DNA from: Klebsormidium nitens
Taxonomy: Eukaryota > Plantae > Klebsormidiophyceae
Assembly: GCA_000708835.1 (NCBI GenBank)
Contig: DF237056.1
Location: forward strand, 1 to 64,000
Length of the DNA stretch: 64,000 bases
Direction: 5' to 3'
Each line of letters starts with the position of its first letter. Position 1 is the first letter of the stretch. Shown in pieces: positions 25,130 through 36,700 of this stretch. The translations under genes and the position numbers were made by a program. The notes below the pieces were generated by a model. The model was not told the origin of the DNA. It made no database searches and was given only the letters and a program-made list of their open reading frames with translations.

Positions 25130-28100
25130 CTACTTGAGCGCTGCGACTTTAGCAATGGGGATGTGCACGGCCTCCTCGATGCCCTTGATGAACTCGATGG
25201 CCTCCTCCACGGTGGGCTTGGTTATCATCATCTCGTACATCCACGTGGGCATGCCGTCCTCCGCGCACACCACCCGTTGGCCCTCGTCCACCAGCGCCCT
25301 AATGTACAACACGTCCGGGTGATCAACCCAGTCCTGCACCAGTGCGGCCCAGCTCCGCTCAGTGGTTTACAAACTGGGGTCGCATTTCGAGGCTGCGGAC
25401 CAACGCCTCCGATTGTTGGTTTTAGCCTCTTTTTAGGTGACACTAAAAACGGGCTGACAAGAACCAAGCGGATCAGGACCGTACTTCTTGATGCCGCTCG
25501 TCTCCGAACCACAAGTGGCCAGTGCAGCTAAACACGAGTGTCGTCAGATGTACGTGTACTTGCAGAATGGCCACTGTGGATTTCCAAGCGGTTCGCTTCG
25601 CTCCACCCACCAGCAAAACTTGAGAAAGCTTCACCAATCCGTTGCAGCAAAATTACTGACAATACATTGGTAAGAGGAGTGCCAAAAGCAGTCCTAGCTT
25701 CCAACGTTGGCACGCCGGTCGAGTTCCCATCGTTCGGCCCTCCCCCGTTTCCCGCCCGCCCGTGTCCGCAGCGGCGCTCACCTGGAGGTAGTCCTTGGTG
25801 AGTAGCACGCCGGTCTGCTTGGCGTTTACCGAGTACTCCGCAATGTGCTTGAGCGGCCGCGCCGCCACGAGCGGCTTGGTGGGGATGCCCGCCGCCGTCA
25901 GCAGGTGCTCCTCGATCAGGTCCACGCCGTACACGATCTTGTTGATGTCGCGCACGGGGCCGCCGCCCATGCGCGCGTTCACCTGCACCGCAAGCAGCAC
26001 GCCGGCGTCATGACAAGACTGGGACCGCAGCTGGGCTGGCAGTCTGCGCCCAAAGCTGTTGACGCACTTGTTGTTCCTCTATCCTCCTGCCAAACTTTGT
26101 CTTCTCTTGACCTCGATTTGGCTTGGAAGCTGTTGCTGTCCGCCGGTTTGTGACATGCAACCATCCGTTGCGGCTAGTGCGGCCCATTTCTGCAGTGCCA
26201 ATTGCGGTGACGCCAAAGGCGAAATCTTGGCCGCCCCCCCGCAACACCTGGCGCAAATTCGCAAACTGCAGCCACGTCCATGGCTTCACACAAGGCTCTG
26301 CACCAAGACTGAACGCTTCCGGATGCAAGACCCTCGGTAACGCAGCGCGACTTTGCATGGCTTGCAGCTCCGCTTGCCCAGTCTTTGAAAGTTGTTTTCG
26401 AAGCTTCTCAAAGATACTCAGTGGCCGTGGCTGTATGCAAGCTCTCAAAACCTGTCGTAATTGTCTGGAAACAACTGCACTTTTTGCGTCGGCGTGGCAC
26501 TTGAAATCCGCCTTGCTTCGAAGCACGAACCGTCTGACTGACCCAGGAGAAGTTCACAACTGCGGACTGGATCTGGAGTTCTGATTCTGGGGGTGCCAGA
26601 GTGACGGAAAGAGCGGTCCTTTTCTGTTATTAAGACGCCCAGCTGACGGAACGAGTGGAACTTTGCTATTCGAGACAACAAGCGGCCGCGGGCGCGGGCG
26701 TCACCTCGATGATGTGCGGCCCGTGCGAGGTGTACTTGCCCTCCACGTGGAAGGCCCCCATGGTGAACCCGAGCGCCTTCACCGCCTGCACTGCCAGCTG
26801 GCAGAGCTGCTTCTGCTGGTCCAGGGGCAGAATGGACGGGCAGTTGGACCCCGTCTCGTTGAAGTACGGCTCGATCGTCGGCCAATTGTCCTGCAAAAAC
26901 ACACCGCGGGTGACTGCGCATGCCTGCTTGCTGCGTGCTCCTGCTTCTCGTACTTCGTGTTGGATACGGCCAATCTCCTGTCACAGCTCCTCTGTATTCA
27001 GGCACAATTTGTTCTGCTTCCTTGTACAGAGTTGGTTGCGCGGACCCGTAGAGGCCTCAAGAGACAGCAACCGCATCTTGGCGCACCAAAGCTCGACGAT
27101 TCTCAATCCGATGGACAGCGTAAGCAGTACGTTTGACGTCTGGAGATTTCGTGAAGTCCCATTTGAATCCGCTTTTATATGGAAAAAGCCACTCCAGTCA
27201 CAGTCCCAGATGCCGTTGGCTCTTTGAGCATGACAATCCAATCAAACCGAAGGCCAGAGCAGAGTGCAAGCATGCAGATATCGGGGGCTAGCTACAGAGC
27301 AAAAGATCCCCCAAAGGGTTCATGGAGCAAGCGGCACGCAGCGGCGGCGTATTGGGCCTTACGGTGATGCTGCCGTAGACGGGTTCCCCCTTGGAGAGCA
27401 GCACGTCGACGTCCACCTCGGGCCCGTCCAGGTACTGCTCCATCAGAAACAGGTTGGCCACGTACGCAGTGCCCGCCGCGCCCGTTTGCTGCACGAACCA
27501 CCCACACGCGGCCGTCAGGCGCACACTTCGAATTGAGAGACTTCAAAAGAGTCGTGTCGTTTGCTTGACCGTAGGTACTTCCGGTTATGCGAGCGCAATA
27601 CACAATATCAGAACACAGAAGTGTCGATGTTCAGATTCAGATCGTACGTCGGCTCATGATGGCCAGCTTCAGATCTCAACGGTGGAAGCGCCCGTCAAAC
27701 GCAACGCCGTCCTCATCAACCGGCGTCTGGCGCCGACACATGAGCAGTTTCTCAACAAGACCTCCAAACTTGTTCGTTGCCGAGCCTGTCGAGAGGCGAC
27801 TCAACGACTCTCGACACCCTCTCACGAGGACACGAGCGGTGCGGCGCGCACCTCTTTGACGGCGAGGTCGCTGTCGGCCGACACGAAGTTGCCGTCCTTG
27901 TCCAGCCGAATGGCGCCCATCTCCGCCATGGCCCTGCGCACAATATCCGACTTTCCAATGATGGATGTCATGACAGCTGTCCTTCTTTTGTGAGACACTC
28001 GTTCTTGCCAGCAAGCGGGTAGCGAACCATGGACTCGTGGAGTGCGTTTGGAGCAGACGGCTGCGGCAACTGACTTCTAACCAGGGCCATCTGCAGCTTC

Positions 28101-31100
28101 CGAACCTTCCGGAAGCAACCAACGCAAAAGTAGCATCCACCCCGTTTCGACTATTCGCTCATACCGGCTCGGTTATTGATTGAAACGAAGCCAACTCAAA
28201 AGCGAGCCATTGTGGAGCAGGCAGCGGCCTCTCCTTTCCCTTCCCGACAGCAACGGGGGAACCGTCCTGGTTGCCTGAGTCGCCCTCCTTGAAAGTCGAA
28301 CACCGCGGAACAACAACCCCCAGAATGGTGACGGATTTGGAAGCATTGCGAGGCGGCTCGGTCAAGGTTCGGTTTTGATTTGAAAACCTTTCCGACAATC
28401 ACTCTTTCCAGAAGGAGTGTGAGGACCGCGTGCCGCACCTTTTGTACGTCGTTTCGAGGGCCTCGTAGCTGTCCACCCGCACCACGCCCAACGAAGCCGC
28501 GCCTGCAACGGGAGCACCGACCGGTCAGCGACTCCATGTGCGGATTGTATGTACACCGTTCTACATACATCGTTCAAACGTCTGCAGAGTCGAGATCGAC
28601 ACAGCCTGAAAGCAGGTGACCTGATGCTGACTCTCTTTGGTCCAGAGACGCCCGGCAGCTTACCCGAGATGGGTTTGATGACCGCAGGGAAGCCGACGTG
28701 CTGCGCGGCCTTTCGCAGGTCTTCGAAGCCGGAGATGAGCAGGTTCTTGGGCGTGGGCAGACCGACCTCCGCCATGACGGCACGCGTGCGCTGCTTCTCG
28801 CGCGCCGCGTCCACGCTGTCGGGCAGGTTACCCGGCAGGCCCAGCGTCTCGGCCAGGCGCGCCACCAGCGGCTGCGCAATCTCCCAGAAGCTCACCACGC
28901 CGTCTACCTGGCCCAGCTCCTGCAAGGCGGAGGAAGCGCGCAGGAGCAAAGTCAGCGCTAGCGGGAGTCTGGATACTGTAGCATTTTGGGCAAATAGCTT
29001 ACGACCTTACGAATACGGCCGGTTTGGAAGGGTCAGGTGGGGTTCAAAAGCGACGATTTTTAGCCTTGGGGATCGGATAGTCTTCATCGTTCAAAGAGGG
29101 AAGACTCGGAGAAAAGACTTGCGTTTTCGAGCGTAACGCTGAACACACTGCGGCTTGTACGAACGTCGGCCACTGCTTTCAGGTGAGGTTTTCCGTTACA
29201 AAACATTGACGAGTTCCTCTGCCTGCGCCTTGATCGACCAACAAAACTGGTGCGAATCGCCAGCTTCAGTACAACATCCAATAGCTCCAGTTCAGCAGGC
29301 CTCCTAAGCCCGGTGTCTGAGACTGGGACCCCCAACGTTAGAAGCTTGGAGCCCACGAGTTTGAAAGTTCAAAGCTCCGCATCCTGACCTGCTCCACTCG
29401 CTTGCACGCTTCGAGGCAGCGGTCGAAGACGGTGTCGTTGTCGGACCAGTCGAAGGGCACGAACTTTTCCAGCACGCCCTCGTCCTCTAGAATGCGGCTC
29501 CAGCTCTCGGGCCCGTCGATCATCACGCTGCGCACGCCCAGCTCCTTGATCCGCTCGTAGATGAAGCGCTTCCCGGAGTACCCGGCCGTGATGAAGATCA
29601 TCACTTTTCCCTTGAGGAGACGCCGCCGCAATGCGCGGCCTTCCACGGTGCGGGCAGAGATTCGCTCCTGCAAGCATGTAAACGACCTTATTCCTTTCCG
29701 ATTTCGAACCAGCTGCGTCTCTTTTGTAGCCGCTGTGAGCACAAACCCAAAAACACTCACGGAAAAAGCCGGCTAGCCCTATCCCGTAAGAGGCGTGTGA
29801 CCCCCACAAACGTAATGTCAGACTCCCTTCATTCCCAGCGGCCGGATGACCCGCTATTCCTGAAACTTGTTGTATCCCCCAACCTGACCCCGTCAATTAA
29901 CTGTCGAAACACAACGTTACGATGGGACCTTAACAATGGGACCTTCCCTTCAGGTCCGATCGCTTTATTCTTTGAAGCCCCAGTACACAGGGTACACGGC
30001 ATACTTCCAAAAACCTGACAGTCAAGAGTTTGTCGGCTCCCCTCTCGCCACGTTTGCGACTTCTGGAGCCTTTTTGATCAATGGAATGCCCTTTTTAAAG
30101 AAAAGTGCTCTTTCTCCAACGAACATTCCCAGACCCAACAAAGTGCTTACTGCTTTTGTTCCTCGCCCCTCTTGGCGGTCTCACCTCGGGTATGTCTTTG
30201 ACGTCTTTGAGTGAGGGCGACGCGCCGAGCCTGCTGCTCATGCGCGTGCGCTCTGAGGGTGTCATCGCTTTGGGCAGCGACCCGACCACTGCCTCTGTCA
30301 GGTAATTAGCTTCGATGGACGGGGACCCAAGTGCGTTCCACCGCGCATTGTTCAAGTTGGGGGAGGGCACAAACTCGGCCGCCCGCCGGCTAAATGGGTT
30401 CTCCTCGTAGTCCGCCTGCGGAAAACGACAACAATCAAAATAGCACAGGGCGCACAGATCTGACGGTGGCAAGCCCATCAGCGAGTGAGGGTTTGGAGGG
30501 GAACGTGGCTGCAACATGCCGAAGCAGAGGTGCAAATACCAGGAACAACGGACGTTGTCGGATCCGTATCGGTTGTGTCTCACTTTTGTCGGCTCTACAG
30601 TGAGATTTCACGGCCTACTTTGGAGGACTGGGCTTGTGTCTGTTGTAGTAGAGATAGAGACTTACAAGCAGTAAAGTACCGTGCTTAAACGCAGTGGAGT
30701 GCTTCACACCTTCGACCAGCACTCTGAAATGGCAAACTTGGGAAACACTCTTCAATCAACAGCATTTAGAAGAGTCAAAAAGTATTTTTACAGTCACTGC
30801 AATCAGGGGCTTTCCAGTGAGAAAGGGGGATCTTCCTGCCAGTAGAAGAGACACTGTTGCAAATACATGACTGCAAATCTTCAGCCTGTATAATTGTAGA
30901 GGAGCACTTATCAAAGCCTTGGATCAGGTGTTGCTCCAGATGCATGGTGTGAAAAGCTTCAAACGTGGCTTTGTCAGGAGAATCGAGGGTGTTGAAACCA
31001 AGGGACTGGTAATCGATCGAAAGGAGGTTTCAGCTCTAAGAATATCGTGGCAAAGCTTGGTAGAAATCACAAATCCTCAACATCAGTCCCAAATAGTGGC

Positions 31101-32795
31101 GACATCCCCATTTTCTGGCAGTGGCTTTGCCCATTGCAAACGTTCATTTCAATGTGAAATAGGACCGCTGTCTGAATGTTGTGAAATGACGCAAGCTCAC
31201 TCTTCTCACCGATCATAACCCAGTTTCCTAAATAGCTCATTTCCATGCTGCTAGCTAAGCCAGCATTGCACGGTTTTTTTATTACCCGGAATATGGTCGG
31301 CGCCACCACCTCAAGAAGGCACCTGCGCCCCAGCATTAGAGGCTCACTACTGCAAGGGCTGAAATGTTAGGCTCTGGGGCTCACCACCGGCGTTCCCGTG
31401 TCGTCCCGCCCCAGGAAGCTCCCCCCCAGGCTGCGGCTGAGGCTGGAGCCGGCGCTCCGCCCGAGGCTCCACTCGTTGATGGGCGTGCCCACGCGCAGAG
31501 AGACGGCCGCGCTGTCCTCCTCAAACATGGAAACGTCCACAGCTGCACCAAGAATGTTCATCTTGAACTTTCTGTCTTGCCCTTTTCCTGAAACAGCTGG
31601 CCAAGAGCGCACATTATCGGACAGAACGTATCGACAACATGGAGATGGTCAAGCGGCGCTGCTTCACTGAGGGATTCTGAAGGGGGACGGTAACAAGCAT
31701 ACACTAGGGGAATCACAAGAGAGAACAGATGCCTTGCTTCTACGCTTTCACGCTTTCACGCTCGTTCATCATTCTAAGCAATCATTTGACCAAACGGTTT
31801 TCACACCACCCTGTCTCACTGTCTCTTGCTACTGAATATAGCCAAATAAAGGCAATGCTGTACTTTGCCAAGGGTGGTGGGCTCACCTCCGGTCAACTCG
31901 CGGAAGTAGAGGCAGGGGAAGGCGTCTGGTGGGCAGAGTTGCTGCAACATGGAAAGACAAACAAGATCATAAGTGCGGTTTGAATCATTTTTGTACTATG
32001 ATATAGTCAACGTTGGCAATGGAGGTACACCCTGAAGGGAGGTGAGGGATAGACCAGACAACTGGCAACATCACAAAGGTGCTAAAAGCATTTTAAGCAC
32101 TGAGAACATTTGATCGCGTCATGACCACCAAAGGAATCTAAGTAACGCGTGAATTCTATCTACCGTACAGGTGTGCAATTCTGAAATCCACTTTTAGATT
32201 GAGGTTTTATGGCTTTGATGCCCAGAAGATAGATCACAGGGGGTGAATAGAGTGGGTCAAATTGAGTGGGTGGAGCCCACTAGACCACAAATCAAGATAT
32301 ATGCTGACGTCGGGCAATGTTGCCACCCGTTTCACTTGACTCAACATCAGCTGCTGTTGGCTTGGTATAATGTCTGCCAAAACTGCCTGATTGAAAACTT
32401 GTGCCAAGGTTGACAGAAAGACAAACCTTCCCCAGACCTTCGGTCCCCCTGATGTCTGTTCACCAAACCTGTAGACCAATTCCTTGCAAACCACATAAAC
32501 CTCTAAAACAACTGAAGGGCAATGGCAAGTACCCCACCGCTTCTTGAAGACTTGAGATTGCTGACTCCGACGATGGGCTGCTAGACGGTTCTGACAGAAT
32601 GGTCTCCAGTCGTCCGCTGCCCACTTCCGCCTCTGCATTCTTCTGCTGTGAGAGCGCGCTGGTTAGCGCAGAAGTGGGCTTCGGACTGGGCTTTGGTTGA
32701 GTACCCTCCGGCGAGCTGGTGCCATTTTGTTTTTGGGTCCCCCCCGGCGTGGGCGTGGGGGCCTTGCTCATTGCCTGGAGCACAAAGCGCGACAT
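25130..32795 (-). CDS. ATP-grasp ligase of the carnosine-synthase / L-amino-acid-ligase type, with a Ser/Pro-rich N-terminal extension
   Basis: Exons give MSRFVLQAMSK..., a small exon QLCPPDAFPCLYFRELTG (~31940-31886, in phase with both neighbours), FITAGYSGKRFIYE, DGVVSFWEIAQPLVARLAETLGLPGN, AREKQRTR, FPAVIKPISGAASLGVVRV, LMEQYLDGPEVDVD, DNWPTIEPYFNETG, FHVEGKYT..IIEVNARMGGG, ending AKVAALK* at 25130. Confidence 0.88.
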
Positions 32796-33538
32796 GGCGG
32801 ACGGTGTGCCTTCCAAGAACCAGACAATCCAAAGTGGGGGGATCACACTTCACACTTCGTGTTGCTCTACTTCATGGAAAAGAAGGCTGTCAAATCGCCC
32901 CTTACAACGCTTCAAGGTAGCTGAGGTCAATGTCTCGAGGCAATGCTGCCTTGTCAGATCAAAGAGCACTGCAACTTTCTACTTCTGACAGCTGGATCTC
33001 TTTCGCAAGCTGCAGCAGGACCAATACGATGTCTGATCGGATCTTTCAGAGCATGCAGAGGAGGAGAGAAGCTGGATGATGGCTCGAGCACGGTTTTGAT
33101 GCAGCTGAGCGCTCTAGTCCTTCGGTTCGCCTCTTCCTACAAAGGAGTCAGGATACCTGCATTAAACGCTGATCAGTACAGGCTGGAGTGTTGATCCAGC
33201 TTCAAGGAGTCGTGACTGGGCGACGAACACTCCATTGGCATTGGCATGAGCACTGTGACTTTGACTCTGAGAGCTGCATGATGTGCGGCGCTGCCCAACG
33301 AGTTCGCCACTCGGAACTGGGCATGTCAGATCCGGAGGACTCGGCGATTCCTGCTACATGGGAAGATTCACATGAGCCATCATGCTGAGCCGTCGCTGCG
33401 AACGGCTGTTCTGCCGTTTCTCCATAGAGCCCCAGTCGGCGCAAGCGTATGCCGACCGGTCTCGACTGGTGGACGCGGCGAGCAGTGGCCCCCGACCATT
33501 GGAACAGCACCGTTACCGGCCCGTTGTCGGATACTCTC

Positions 33539-33573
33539 AAACCCTAACCCCACGCCGACAATTGAAACCCTAA
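33539..33573 (+). promoter_or_regulatory. Two telo-box motifs (AAACCCTAA) in a divergent promoter
   Basis: AAACCCTAA at 33539-33547 and 33565-33573, about 150-180 bp upstream of the SLC35F6-like ATG. Function is inferred from land-plant telo-boxes. Confidence 0.5.
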
Positions 33574-33719
33574 AACAGATCATGGTGTTCAGCAATGACA
33601 AAATGTGTGTTGGACTTTTGACAGCTTGAAGTGCTGAATGGTGGTAATCGAAGTGTACTCAGTAGTTCCTGAAACTCGAAGCACTAGCGTGAAGGCGCGC
33701 CCCCCCTAGCCCCTTCCTA

Positions 33720-36700
33720 ATGGCGCCTTCCGTGGGATCTGCAGCCAGCATTACGGGCCTCCTCGTATTTGGGACCACGACTTCGCTTCTTGCTAAGATT
33801 GGTGAGGGTCTGCCCAATTGTCTGCGCTGCAGAAGTGTTTGTCGCAGAACATCAGCTGTGTAGCTCGAAAAACCGGAAAGCTTGCCAGAGTGGTCGTTTG
33901 TTGTTATACTTGATTGAATGTCATGAGTACTCGACATGCATGCGCACAGCACCAGGCAGCAATGCCTGCTCTAGATCCGTGACTTTGCCAGCAACCAGAG
34001 GCTTTTCCCCTTTTTGTTCTCTCCTCTCCTAATATGTGATTGCAATCTGCAAATATCTTCAGACCCCAGTATGTCCCTTGGTATTGCTAGCAGCATTGTA
34101 CTTAGGAACCAGCAGCTGGTGGTCTTGGTTGCATAGGCTGTCTGATCCCAGCAGTCGCTTCTTAATTCGCCTCATGCTGGGTAGCTCATTGAAACTTTCA
34201 AAGCTCAGTCATTTGCGTCGCATCTGAGGAGAGCATATGATTGAGGTCCAAAGTGATGAAGCAGGATGCTAACTAAGATGGGTTGACGGATTGATGGGCG
34301 CCATCAAATGGTATCACGTTTCAGCAGACTACACATTGTGATTGATCTTGTCAAGATTCTTGCTTAAAGAGCCACATTATCTGTCCTGTGGAGATTATGG
34401 AGATCTACGGAAATATTTTCTGGGCTTCAAAACCTCTAACCCCTCTTATGCCTGGGTAAGTCTTGGTTGTCCAAGTTCTCAGTGTTTGCGTGAGCTCAAA
34501 CGGATTGCTTCTCACCAGCTCGAATTCAGCTTAGCAGAAATCACTACTAACAGAACCACTCCACTTGAGTAGACTTTCATGTTGTTTGAAAGATGGCGTG
34601 TTCACTGTCTCACCGCTATTTTTCACCGGGCCTGGTAATTGGCAGACTTCTCCTTGTTTTGTAACATACATATAACAGGTGAGTTCCATATTGTCGAGAT
34701 TACAGGGATTATTGAAGTGACCTCAGTGAAATGTCTACCGCTTTGCAACCAGCGTAGGGGCTCCTTCCATCAGCAGATTAGAGCAAGTTCCTGATCCGGG
34801 ACTCACGATGTGTGCCTTGAATTCTCTTCTTGGGGGCACCACACTCGCATCGTTTAGTCTGCAAAATCAATCACAGGTAAACTTCCTTCGTGTCACTTCC
34901 CCAAACAAACAGCCGCCCTCAACTTGATGATCGAGCAGACCAGACCCGTTTTGTTGGTTGCAGTGTACGAGCTGCGAGGCGAGGGCTCCGGTGGTGAGGC
35001 CAAGTACTTTGTGAAGCCATGGACGATGGTGACGGTCATGTTCCTGGGCATGAGCCTGAGCCTGCCGCTGGCCTACATGGAGCAGTGGGCGGAGGAGAAA
35101 AAGGCCAAAGCGGAGGGGGCCACCCCTCTCCTGGAAAAGGTGACGTTACACACCCAGGCAGTCAACGACCTTGTCTCTATAGTGTCAAGTTAACGAGATG
35201 ACGGCAGACGTCTCCTAGCCCAGCGTTCAGGCGACCAAGTAGAGCAGCCTACTGTAGCAATATTCTGTGTGGACCATCTCTCGGCGTCACAAATGGTTCC
35301 AAAACTTTGGCGAGGCCTGTCCCTCAAATACTTCCCCCCCACTTTGACTGACAATATCTTGTAAGCCTGGTTGCCGCAAAACGTTTTCCCCTGTGCTTGT
35401 TACTCTCGGATTCCGTCCATATCATCCAATCCAGTTGGGTGCTTCTCCGATACTTCGCCTTCAGGAGACGGTCTGAGCCGACCAATCACTTTAAATGCTA
35501 TAAGGCTGACTTCCGATATTCGCACACTTCCACTTGCGTCCTTGACCCACACCCGTTCCCCTTCACTTGAATTTCGATAGCAATGTTGCGCATCACCTCA
35601 CAGCTTGGGGAGACCACGACAGCGCCTTCATTCGTCCGTTCATCTTGTAATTGGATCAGTCTGCTAATCTTCGAAACTCCAAGCTTCTTCCCCCTCGCAG
35701 GCGCATGAGCACTCCGGCACATGGCGCGAGGTGTTCATGCTGGGCATCCCGACGTTCTTCGATCTCGTTGCCACCATCCTGATGAACGTCGGCCTGGTAT
35801 CGGTGACTGCCTCCGTGTACCAGATGCTGCGTGGGGCGGAGATGCTGTTTGCCGCGCTCTTTGCCGTCGTCTTCCTGGGGCGGAAACTTAACCGCTTCCA
35901 CTACGGGGGCATCGCGTGTTGTTTGGTAAGCCCATCGGCTTCCGTCTGTGCTTGCTTTGTGTCCTTGGCAACAGCCCGGAGTTACTTGGAAGCTTGCTAA
36001 CCCGTGGACAAAATCACGGACATCATTGCCGTCCGATTTCACAACGATTCGAACGTAGGCGAAAGTTTTGTCGGATTCTTTTCGAATAGCCAACGATGTG
36101 AAGTTCATCGACGGGTTCTTATCATTGAGGATGATCTGGCGTCACCCGTGCAATAAACCCTCTCGACGTTTGCTGACGTGGGTCTCGAGTGCAACTTGCT
36201 GGGCTTTTGCCTTCCTCCTCGGTATCATTCAGTTGCAAACTTTTAGAGCCATTCCTATCAGCAATATGCGTAAGGACTAGCCAGTCGGGTTTCGCTACTC
36301 GAATCAGCAAGTCCTTTTGGAGCTGCCTCCCATCAAGTACAAAAGCAAGCCGGCCATTCGCACTCCCCCTTGTAAGTTATCCAGTGTTCAGCTTTTTTGG
36401 GTCTCGGTTTGCGATTGGGATCCGCACCGTGTCACCGATCGTTGGCTGACGGTCACGGCGTGCCGGTTCGGTTGCGTTTCTTCCCGCAATCCTCGTCCAA
36501 CCTCTCAACTTCAAATCCACAGTAGAAAGGGTCATCCAGCAGCCAACAAGGCATCCCATTGCTGCGCATCCAGACTTTCGTAAAGGTCAGAGCACTCTAA
36601 CCCTTGGACCAGCCGCCCAATGGGTTCTGTCGGATACATGGTCCCCTTAGCTTTCCGAGTAGTCGGCCGCGGAATTCCGACCCGTTTATTGCTCTAAGTC

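Noticed and set aside
25130-32795. ATP-grasp gene as the mycosporine (MysC) ligase of a UV-sunscreen cluster
   Set aside because: The motifs fit the CARNS1/L-amino-acid-ligase type, and no DDG synthase, O-methyltransferase or MysD/E gene is present in the window.
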